Assembly (NCBI GenBank): GCA_964016885.1
Contig: OZ024745.1
Location: 121,644,001-121,708,000, forward strand
Reading direction: 5' to 3'
DNA from: Eledone cirrhosa
Taxonomy: Eukaryota
DNA length: 64,000 nucleotides
Below, one piece after another: positions 11,456-23,100 of this stretch. The translations under genes and the position numbers were made by a program. The number at the start of each line of letters is the position of its first letter. Position 1 is the stretch's first letter. The notes beneath the pieces were generated by a model that ran no database searches, had not been told where the DNA came from, and was given only the letters and a program-made list of their open reading frames with translations.

Positions 11456-12997
11456 ATTTTAGACACTCTCCCAGTCATTCCAAAAGGCAATAGGATTGAT
11501 CAAATCCGAGCCTGTTAGAAAAAATCAAAGTTGTGAAGCTTGTTACAAACAGGAGAGCATATCTTGATGGAGATGAACAATCAGAGCAGTTCGCCCAAAG
11601 TCTATTAATGTGTAGGGGGGGGGGGGGAAGTCTTCCTGTAGATAGCAAGGGAGCTATTGATATAAGTCCCATAGGCACGATGGTGGAATCATTATTCCAT
11701 CTCATAGAAAGTGTTCCCTAATCTTGAATATCAGTTTGCAAGTCACAAGTGAGAGGGCTGTATTGGCCCCAAAAAATGTGATTGTGGAATTGGTAATTCA
11801 AGAGCTCTTCTTCTTATTCGACCACTTATTCCTGGGAGGGTCATGGGGGAAGAATCCTCAGACACTCCTTCCAGCTGGTCCTGTCAGAAGCAACTGTCTC
11901 CAACTGATCCAGCTGAATCTCCAAGCGAGACCAGCCAAGGCTATGGATGTTATCCAACCATCTTGCTCGGGGTCTCCTGCCAGTTGGTTTTGCCTGTAAA
12001 ATCTGTCCAGCGATTCTTTCCTGAGACATTCTAACCACATGTCCATAGTATCGGAGCTGTGATCTCTCAATTCGGAGAAGTAGCAGCTCTACAGGGAGTG
12101 ACTTTCTGAACTCCGAGCTATGCACTCTATTGAGTAAGGTTACTCCAAAGACCTTTCGGAGGAATCCCATTTCGTGTGTTTGTATTTGTGATCATATTCT
12201 TTCGATCATTACCTAAGATTTGTGACCACAGGTAAGGGTTGGCACAAATACAGATTTGAAGATAGTGAGTTTGGCTTTTACGCCTACCTGCCTCCCTTCT
12301 GATTCCTGAATGTTGAAGCTGGCACATTACTGCACCAGTAAATCAAGAGCTGTTAAAAAAGATTCCAAAGGTTTCAAAGCTCTATCGATTTGTCAACACT
12401 GTGGTGGAACTATTGGAAGCTGTCAATTACCTGACAGAGTTCTTCAACTATTTAAAACCATAAGGAATGCCTTCACATGTCCTTCATCATGTTATTGAGG
12501 AATTTGGACCCACCAAGGCTATGCTACGGCACTCGATTGGTTGTGATAAATATGTATCCACACGTGATTCAAGCCACCATTTCAACAGGATATGGGAGAT
12601 GACTTGTTCATTCCAAGAATTCCTCTTATCTTCACTGATGTCCCATTTCAATTCAAACGACTTCAAGTAGGTCTTAGTATTGCCATGAGCATCAACAAAT
12701 CACAAGGACAAACACTTTCTATTGCTGGTTTACACCTTGAAGAACCCTGCTTCACCCTGGTCAGCTTTACGTTGGATGTTCCAGAGTAGGAAGTCAGAAA
12801 AATCTCTACATCTGTGCAGCAGATGGAAAAACAACAAACATTGTTTATACAAACATTATAAATTGACCTAATTAATAAAGAAATCCGTCCTCATCAAGGT
12901 CTTCAGGGTAGACATGGTGTGACATGGAATAAAAAAATATTGAAATAAACGCATACTATTGTGATTATTGCCCAGCAATGATGGGCTACTCAGCTAG
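11449..12997 (+). mobile_element. Helitron Rep/Hel remnant (Pif1 helicase C-terminal half + 3' terminus) interrupted by an RTE fragment
   Basis: GGDFR(Q)TLPVIPKG, ERAVLAPKN, NLDPPRLCYGTRL, IPRIPLIFTDVPFQFKRLQ, AMSINKSQGQTL, GQLYVGCSRV, GKTTNIVY across frameshifts. 3' hairpin gcccagcaatgatgggc (12970-12986) and CTAG|T at 12994-12998. Confidence 0.9.
11807..12337 (-). mobile_element. RTE-like LINE 3' fragment (family B) with a 14-bp TSD
   Basis: Encodes [48 protein letters not shown]; TSD gtaa(t/a)tcaagagct at 11793-11806 and 12338-12351. Confidence 0.85.
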
Positions 12998-13005
12998 TAT
13001 ATATA

Positions 13006-13275
13006 CGAGGTGGGTCAGAAAAGTTCCAGGACTGATGTCACAAAAAATTTATTTCAAACCCAAACTTCCCACTAAGAGTTTTCTCCTTCAAAGTAATCCC
13101 CCTGGAGTATGTAACTGTAATCTTAGCTCTCTGCAGCGATCAAACTTTTTCTTCATAATTTATATACATGTCCTCTGTTTCAGGTCATCAAGCAATGAAC
13201 ACAGAGCAACCCAAAGTTTGGGTTTGAAATAAATCTTTTGTGACATCAGTCCTGGAACTTTTCTGACCCACCTCG
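13006..13275. mobile_element. Mariner-derived MITE
   Basis: 62-bp TIRs (CGAGGTGGGTCAGAAAAGTTCCAGGACT...) with one mismatch; TA TSD on both sides. Confidence 0.9.
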
Positions 13276-13757
13276 TATAAAGAAGAGAGAGGGTTTTAAA
13301 TGTACATCCTCTATTTATTATATAATCCTGTTATATGAATTTCGCAGACGTCAAAGTGATTGTATAATATACTTTTATCTTTTTTTGTCTCTGATTACTT
13401 TCTTTTGATTTGTTTCTTTCATATTATAACACATACACATATATCATCATCATTTTACGTCCGCTTTTCCTTGCTTGCAAGGGTGGGACGGGTCCTTTTC
13501 AGCACAGCATCTCTCCATTCGTCACGGCCCTTCGTGTGTGTTTATGTCAATACTCATCTTTTTCCATTTCTTAGACGGTTCTTAACCCCACTATCTTTAG
13601 TCAAAAATACAGCGAAAGCTATTTCTAATTTTAAACTCGCTCGTTGTTTCAAAACTTACTTTTATATATATATATATATATATATAGTGAAAAATTGAAC
13701 GGGAACAAAACAGAGAGGCAGTACAAACAAAGGTTTATATATATATATATATAGTTA

Positions 13758-14030
13758 TAGTTATGTAATAAACAACATAAGGCAATTATTTCATTTACCA
13801 GTGATTTCTTAAAAGCAAAAAAATGTTGCTTTCAATCATCAGAATGAAAAAGTCCTGCCGTATTTATTGACGTTGGATTTTAAAAACAAAAATGCGTTGG
13901 ATTTTTTAAAAATCCAACGTCAATAAATACGCCAGGATTTTTTCATTCTGATGATTGAAAGCAAAATTTTTTTGCTTTTAAGAAACCACTGGTAAATGAA
14001 ATAATTGCCTTGTTGTTTATTACATAACTA
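13758..14030. repeat. Long inverted repeat (about 125-bp arms, short spacer)
   Basis: tagttatgtaataaacaac...gacgttggatttt is mirrored by aaaatccaacgtc...gttgtttattacataacta with few mismatches. Confidence 0.9.
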
Positions 14031-14099
14031 TTAAGCTCTGTTACCTACATAGAGCACTCTTTTTTCCTGGACTTTTCCGACGGAATTACTTCATTCATT

Positions 14100-14145
<46 letters not shown>

Positions 14146-14198
14146 ATAATAGTAATAATAAAAGCGATTCTTTGCTTAAACTTTAATCTGTTATTTTA

Positions 14199-14260
<62 letters not shown>

Positions 14261-14588
14261 TTCCACAACAAATTAATAAACCATACTCGTGGAACTAACT
14301 CTATACCGAACTCGTCCGCTGGACTGAGTGGTCTACTTACTACGTTCTTTTTTTTTACCCCTATATATATACATAGTTATACATACATATGTACAGCATA
14401 CATGTATACATAAAGTTATTTGAACTTTAGGAAGACCTATTAAGCATGTGACAATGTGTTGACTCAGACTTAGGAACAATCACGAGACGTACACCGGGTC
14501 TAATTTACTGTCAGCTGACACGGATATCCCGAAACGAGGTTAAGGCAGACAGTTCTTTTAGTTGCCTCAGTGAGCGCTTTCGATAAAC

Positions 14589-14669
14589 ATGGGTTCTAAA
14601 TTACATATCTATCTCTATGCAGCTGTTATCTGCTTTCTTAGCACTTTGATCGTCTGTCATTCACGAAAG
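14589..14669 (+). CDS. GLMP: GLMP exon 1 (signal peptide)
   Basis: [27 protein letters not shown] then AAG|GTATAG, phase 0; CpG-containing unique sequence upstream (14280-14590). Confidence 0.75.
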
Positions 14670-14697
14670 GTATAGTTTCTATTATTTATATGTATGT

Positions 14698-14758
<61 letters not shown>

Positions 14759-14841
14759 ATTTATTTATGTATATATATATATATATAATTTATTTATGTG
14801 TATGCGTTTACATATATATTTATTATTTATGTATATGCGTT

Positions 14842-14875
<34 letters not shown>

Positions 14876-15393
14876 GTTATATTGGAGTTTACCATTAATT
14901 GGTTATTCACCCTTAATATTATACATATATATATATATAATATTCATTATATTGTTTTTATCATATTATATGGATATATATATCCATATATATTGTTGTT
15001 TAGCTCCAGATCAGCCTCGAACAAACACACCCATAACCAATTCCGTCGTTTTTCAGGCAAAGCATCAGGGATTTTATCCAATGTGCGTTTTTTCTTTCGA
15101 GACGGCAAGTGTGATTTGGAGCAGATTTATCTGCTAATTCTCGTTGATCGAACGACCATGTTCAGACTCCCAACATTAGTTGGTCTTGTATAACTTTCTT
15201 TTATGTATTTACTACTTAACATCGACGAATTAATAGATCCTTGAATTCAATCTCTGTTGTAAACATTCGGATATGGCTTCCCAGTTATCTCCCCTGCTAT
15301 TGTTTTTATTTTGTTGTTGTTGTTACAGATATTGACCTTTCGATCTTAAGACTTGTCTATAAACTTCATAACTCCCGTATGTCTGTATGTGTG

Positions 15394-15466
<73 letters not shown>

Positions 15467-17081
15467 AACTCTCTTTCCTTAATAATAATTCCTTTTATTA
15501 GCCTCAAGGACGCGCGGGGGACAGTAAACAATAATTACTATAGTAATAATACAAACAAACAAACAAAAAAAAAACAACTTTGTTTTTAAACTCTTACATT
15601 TCCAACAGTATTAACATCAATGAAGGTATAACTATGTGGTAGATATACTTGCCAGAAACAGGCCCGGGCGAACATCCCCTCAATCTTAGAACCATCTGGG
15701 TTGTCCAGAAGTGACGGCAAAAGACCTGACGACCTTACCCAGTGCCCCCGGTCGAGAGGCAGGTGCCTTGTCTGGGACGTCACTGTTAGTGACTCTTTTG
15801 CTCTTTCCCACATCCTGGATGCTGCGGTTAGGACGAGAGCTACAGCTTCCGCAGCCGAGCGGAGTAAGACCCTCAAATACTCTGATCTGTCGGCCAGCTA
15901 CATTTTTCAGCCTGTGGCTTTCAAGACGTTTGGGGGAGTCGGGCCGCTGACTACGAGGTTCCCCTCTTCACTGGCGGCTCGCCTAATAGAGGTAACAGGC
16001 GAATCTCGCGAGGGCGCTTGGTTGTTCCAGCGCATTAGCTTCGCCATCACCCGAGGCAACGCTGCGAGTGTGCTGGTTTGCTTAAAAAATCATTTGAGGG
16101 GTTGTCCAGTACCCCTCGCTGTTGGCTCGGTTGTTCACCTCTTCCTTTACATTTTCTTTAATATTGTAACATTAAAATAATATATCATTCTCCCTCAAAT
16201 CATGTCATTGGATAATGCAGTCTTTGATAGGCTATGTTCGAATAAAAGACGGGATGGTCACAACTGGAATGTCTTTAATCATAACTTTGCTCGATCAAGA
16301 CTCTATTTTCTGGTATTTGGATAATGACCAAAATAATACGATCGCGAATACAAACGGCCGGAATGGGGTTTCCCCAAAGGGTCTTTGGGGTAACGTTACT
16401 TGATAAAGTGTTTAGCTTGGAGATCAAAGAGTCACTCCAGACAGAGTCGCTACTTCTCCAAATTGAGAAGTCACAGCTCTGATACTATGGGCATGTGGTT
16501 AGAATGTCTCAGGAAATAATCGCTGGACAGATTTTACAGGAAAAACCAACAGGTAGGAGACCCAGGGGTAGACCCCGAGCAAGATGGTTGGATAACATCC
16601 ATAAGCCTGGCTGGTCACGCTTGTGGATCCAGCCGGATCAGTTGGAGACGGTTGCCTGGTGGAAGGAATGGTTGAGGACTCTACCCCCACGACCCTCCCA
16701 GGAATAAGTGGGCGAAGAAGAAGAAATACACACACACGCAAAAATAATAATTACGTAAACATATTGAGATGTATTTATATTTAACTAAGTTGTTTATCTT
16801 AGACTTAGTGTTTATAGGCTTGTTTATGGCGTATTGAGGTCCTAGCAATAGTTACTTGTATTCGTTAAATGTGTTATATTTGTGTGTATAGTTTCACTCT
16901 AAAAGATTTGCCAGCAATTTGTAATGTTATTTATGTATATATTTAAAACTCGATCTTGAGTTGTTTTTGTTTAAGTATCGTTCACATCTCAGATATAAAG
17001 TGTTTCAGTCGAGACTATCTCTTTGTTATTATCCTCCCCTTCTGTCCACATTATATCTAATTGCTTTTTAAAGGAAATTTT

Positions 17082-17125
<44 letters not shown>

Positions 17126-20100
17126 CACTTAATTCTGTAATGCGCCAGCTTCAGCATTCGGTAATCAGAAGGGAGGTAGGCGTAAAAGCCAAACTCGCTA
17201 TCTTCAATTCGGCGGTTCTCGTGCTAACCATTACCGACGGTCATGAGTCAAGGATAATGACCGAAAGAATACGATCACGAATACAAGCAGCCGAAATGTG
17301 GTTTCCTCGAAGGGTCTTTGCAATAACATTACTCGATAGAGTGTGTAGCTTGGAGATCAGAGAGTCACTCCATGTAGAACCGCTACTTCTCCGAATAGAG
17401 AGATTGTAGCTCCGATACTACGGGCATGTGGTTAGAATGTCTTAGGAAAGAATTGCTGGACAGATTTTACAGGCAGAAGACCCAGAGGAAGACCCCAAGC
17501 AAGATGGTTGGATAACATCCATGAGCTTGGCTGGTCTCGCTTGGGGATCCAGCTGGATCAGTTGGAAGCGGTTGTTTCTGACGGGATCAGCTGGAAGGAG
17601 TGTTTGAGGACTTTGACCCCACAAATCTCTCAGGATTAAGTGGGCGAAAAGCAACGTAACTACATCTTAGTGATCTCCTTCCCCCGATTTTGTCTTCTCA
17701 TAACTTTCTTAATAATGCGATTTTTTGGTATTATTATGGAACACTCCCTTGGATTTCAGTGAGAAAAAATATTTTTTCATATTTTTTCGTGTGCTATCAA
17801 CTAATCTAACTCCCAAGATGCTGGCAATCGACTTTTTTTTCCCGGAAAACGGAAGGATGTGTGTGTGTGTGTGTGTGTTGGGGGGGGGGGGGGGGGGGGA
17901 GCTCTTCGGAGTTTTCTCCATGATTTTTCTTTTCGCGTGTTTTCAACGAATATGACCTCCAAACCAGTCGGAAGGACTAGATTTGTAGAAAAAGGGAGCG
18001 AAAAGACCATCGGAGATTCGCAGATTCTTGAGTTTGGTGGGAAATAATTATCTTTCCTCGATTTTTTCTGGACCTCTTATTTCAGGACATCTAATTTCCC
18101 CGAATTAGTGTTAGGGTTTCCGTTTTCCAGGAAAAGAAGTCGATTGCCAGCATCCTGGGTGTTCAATTTATGGATGAAAGAGTTTATTTAAATATTAAAT
18201 GTCATAATAAAAATAATATAATAATATAATTGTTTCTACTTTAGGCACAAGGCCAGCAATAACCCAGTGCATTACTGGTACTTTATTTTATCGACCCCGT
18301 AAGGATGATAAATAATATAATGTTTACAAAACGAAAACACAAACACATATAGTATATATAAATATAAACGCAAAAAGAGAGAAAAGAAAAAAGCAAGGGT
18401 GGTACGCAATTCACCCATCATACTTTCGATTTGTGTTTGTATTAGACTAAACGAAAACTCGGAAACTTTTCCTTCATACATTCCAATTCCATGTTGATAA
18501 AGAATAATACCAATCAGGATAATGTCATATATATATAATAAATAAATAAATAAAAAACACAGAATGAAAGGAATTTATTTTATTTCCAATTTCGTTAACA
18601 TAATCCTATTCTCCACCTTAAAAAATGTATCTGCCAAATTCCATAAAAAAATATACATTATTAAGAAAGTTATGAGGAAACAAAGTCGCTAAAGTTCGCT
18701 AAACTAAATATAGGTCTGTTGTGGTAATTGCTTAGCTCTCGATCAGTATTGATCATGTAGATCTATTATCGAAAAGTGTATCTAGGACATACTGTACATC
18801 TAGATCCTTTTTGTTGTTTTTCGATAAGCTGTAATTTGAAGAAAATTGGGTTGTAATTTCTAGCAGATTGGACTATCACGTACATTGAAATGCAATTGTC
18901 AGGGTTTAAGGGTCAATAAAAACATGAGAATCCACTGACAGAACTATTATGAACTCTAATCACTGAACATACGAAAATATTGTAAAATCCTGTTTCATTT
19001 TATATTTATTTATAAGTATTGTAGGGGTAATTATTTCCAGTAAATTTGCGATTTGGGGCGATATGAAATTTATGTAAATAACCAAAAATGTTAAATGTCA
19101 ATGCAAAATATTTCCAAAATTAAAAATGGAACCGTACATAATCAATTTTATATCTACGGTCATTATCATTTCATAATTTGATCGTTGTTAAAAATTTTGG
19201 GAGGGTCATGTCATCCTAATATTGCCAGAAATGACCCTCTCCAAATATAACAATATCTGTTTCAACACGCGATTTCATATCAAAAACCTTGCTAAACAAA
19301 TATATCACCGTTGTTAAAAAGGAACGTGTTTTGCTTCATACATTTCAGACTGTGTCTTTAATCATAGGTCCACTCAGGGAGAGCTGGTCTGGGGCTGAAC
19401 AGTAAATTGTTCCTTCAATATTGACCATTTTCAATGTTGAGCTAGTGTGAGGGATTTATAATGAACCTTATGAATTATTGAAGCACTGGCAGAAAATGTG
19501 AGTCCCAAATGCAGAAAATAACTGTAATAACAGTCAATCACTACAGATAATAGTGGAGAAAATAACTGTAATAACAGTCAATCACTACAGATAATAGTGG
19601 AGAAAATAACTGTAATAACAGTCAATCACTACAGATAATAGTGGAGAAAATAACTGTAATAACAGTCAATCACTACAGATAATAGTGGAGAAAATAACTG
19701 TAATAACAGTCAATCACTACAGATAATAGTGGAGAAAATAACTGTAATAACAGTCAATCACTACAGATAATAGTGGAGAAAATAACTGTAATAACAGTCA
19801 ATCACTACAGATAATAGTGGAGAAAATAACTGTAATAACAGTCAATCACTACAGATAATAGTGGAGAAAATAACTGTAATAACAGTCAATCACTACAGAT
19901 AATAGTGGAGAAAATAACTGTAATAACAGTCAATCACTACAGATAATAGTGGAGAAAATAACTGTAATAACAGTCAATCACTACAGATAATAGTGGAGAA
20001 AATAACTGTAATAACAGTTCCTGATTTAGGCGCAAGTCCAACAACTTGGGCGGAGAGGAAGTCGATTAAATCAGCCTCAGTGCATTACTGGTACTTTATA

Positions 20101-23100
20101 TTATCGACCCTGTAAGGATGAAAGACAAAGCTAACCTCAGTGGGATTTGAACTCAGAATATAAAGGGCTGTAACTCTGTGTCTCTAAGCTTGTTGCACAC
20201 TTTTAAAACCAACTCTGGAGGGTGAAATCAAGTTGATTGTGATGGAATTTAAATTTAGAATATAGGGGAACATTATTGGTTGTCATTTTAGAAGACAATT
20301 TATGAGAATTGTTATAAATTTAAAAAGGTTTCATCTCTTGACTTTTGGACTATTCATCTTGATACTTAATTCAGCTATTCTACAAGATCAAATGTAATTC
20401 CCTTATGTTAAAAATGTATGACTTTTGAACTTCTATATTTATGAATTGATCTCTGTAAATCCTATTATATTAAAGCTTTTAGTGACATCAATGGTTTATA
20501 ACAGAGGTATGCAACATATTCCATTAGTGGGCCACTTTTGAACATTGGAACAAATATTAGGGCCAGTCACTGTCAAAAATATGTAATCTAATGAAAGCGA
20601 GTGAATTGAGTCATAAATAGATTGTGAATACATTTTTAAACAATAAAGACAAATAAAATATAATTTAGTTTTATTAATGTCAGACTTGGTATTTGGCGTA
20701 GGTCAACTAACAGAAAATTATATTACGGTTACGAAAAAAAATTCTAAATAAGCCAACAAAATAAAATAAAAAAATGGTCATTGCGGGCCACTCTGACTGG
20801 TCTGGCAGGCCGGATTGTGGCCTGCGGACCACCTATTGCACACTCCTGGTTTATCATAACAAATGGATGGGCTATTTTGTAAAATATATCACATCATTGT
20901 ATGTTTTCAACGATATCTGCTTTATGAGAAGTGGTAGACTTAACACTAATTGAAATAGGAGTATAATTATAATTCTGAGTTACTGTTGCTGGAAGAGGGC
21001 TGTATATTGGTGATATATACTTTTGTGATTTCAAAATGAAGGGAACAGGTTTGATCTTGCTGTGTAGACAAGATTTCATTTTATTCAATTTAAACCAGCC
21101 ATATCTGGCCATAATTCTCTCACCTCTTTCTGTTCAAACTGGCCATAACTGACCGCTCATACTGACTTTAAGGTATTGTTCTCAAAATAAATAATAACAT
21201 CAACAAAATCTCGTCAGATAAAGCCTTTACCATGAAAATATGATAGTAGAGTAATGTAAATGCCGAAGGTTTAATACTTTTGTTACCATATTTCTAATGA
21301 TTGACACTGCTTATAATTTTCAAATAATTTTGAAAATAATTAAGAATATGAAGGGATCTAGTAATATAATTACCTTATTTCCTGGCGACGAAGTTCCTTT
21401 GTCCTCCAGGGCACACCCTAATTTTGACAACCAAAAATTTGAAAAAATAAAATAAACAACCTTCGTCCTCCAGGACGCGTGGTAGATGTTTGAGACTTAT
21501 TTTAGAAAAAAAGTAGCATCTTCAACGCCGGGAAATACATTAATTTTCTCATTATTTATCTGATGTTTGGAACATAACTTAACAAAAGTTCTAACATAAA
21601 ATCATGACGGGAGATTTTTTAGATAAATATAGATACTTAAAAATAAACAGCTTAGTTGTGTTTGACATGTTTAATTTTTTCTGGTTCCCTTTCTTTATTC
21701 CTTTATTCATTTTTATAACAGTTTATGTGGAGACCTGTCTGATTGCCGCCATAGACCATGCCCCGGATCTTTTCCATCACCTTTCTATCTTTCTCCCTAT
21801 TCTATATCTCTCTGACTATCCACTACCTTTCTACATGTCTTCTTCAAAAACTTATGACTACATAGGGTTGATGTGGTCTCTGCAAGCTGAGGGAAAAGGC
21901 AGCCCATCTAAGAAAGCAACCACTCCAAACAAATAAGATTGTACTGGTGGAGGGGAATCCTTTGGCCAGTCTGACAACTTGTCTAGTGCTGGTGACACAA
22001 AAAATGGACCCAGTATACACTGTAAAGTGGTTGGTGATAGGAAGGGTATTCGGCCAGAAAACTTTGCCGAAAGACTATGACCAACACAAAATATATTATT
22101 TACACCAACTGTGTAAATATATACTATGAAGGTCGATAAAAAAAGTATTGGTCTAGCACTGGGGTCGATTCTTCCACTATATCTCTTTCTCCCTTCCTTT
22201 CTCTCTTTCTCCCTTTCTGGAAGAAATCAGCTGTGCACCTGGAGAGGAGATGGGCTCGGCCAGGTTTAAAATGCTCAAGAAACACTATGTCACTACAATG
22301 CCCCTAAGATACTAAGAGGAGTTAGCGTTAGGGTTTGCACTATGATAAATATTTGACTAACGCTATATATAAACCATACTAACTCTAAACCACACTATGC
22401 TATATATAAACCACACTATGCTATATATAAACCATACTATGTTATATATAAACCATACTAACTCTATATATAAACCATACTATGTTATATATAAACCACA
22501 CTATTCTATATATAAACTATACTATGTTATATATAAACCACACTATTCTATATATAAACCATACTATGTTATATATAAACCACACTGTTATATATAAACC
22601 ACACTGTTATATATAAACCACACTGTTATATATAAACCATACTATGTTATATATAAACCATACTATGTTATATATAAACCATACTATGTTATATATAAAC
22701 CATACTATACTATATATAAACCATACTATGTTATATATAAACCATACTATGTTATATATAAAACCATACTATGTTATATATAAAACCATACTATGTTATA
22801 TATAAACCATACTATACTATATATAAACGATACTGTTATATATAAAACCATACTATGTTATATATAAAACCATACTATGCTGTATATAAACCAGTGACAT
22901 GGCTACGAGGGGGACAGGCCAGTTGGCTGCACTGAACCCTTCTCACACAGTGGCACCCCAGTTTTAGAGCTGGACACTCTCCACACAACGAATCCTTCTC
23001 AATACGAAACCACATTGTGTAAGCCTTGGAATGGGTGGCATCACTATGAGGAGGGACATGAGTAGATCTTCAATTCAGGCGTTTCCGTCGTGACCTTGTT

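Noticed and set aside
530-14589. Bidirectional promoter for the divergent EPHX4-like and GLMP genes
   Set aside because: The start codons are 14 kb apart and separated by many TEs.
15273-15335. Signal-peptide-like [20 protein letters not shown] as an alternative first exon
   Set aside because: In-frame stop before any convincing splice donor; hydrophobicity comes from a (TTG)n tract.
19513-20018. CRISPR-like array (44-bp repeats with a small hairpin)
   Set aside because: Units are contiguous and identical with no unique spacers; eukaryotic context and no cas genes.
22215-22325. Unique exon-like sequence
   Set aside because: A diverged reverse-complement copy at about 49770-49885 shows it is a dispersed repeat.
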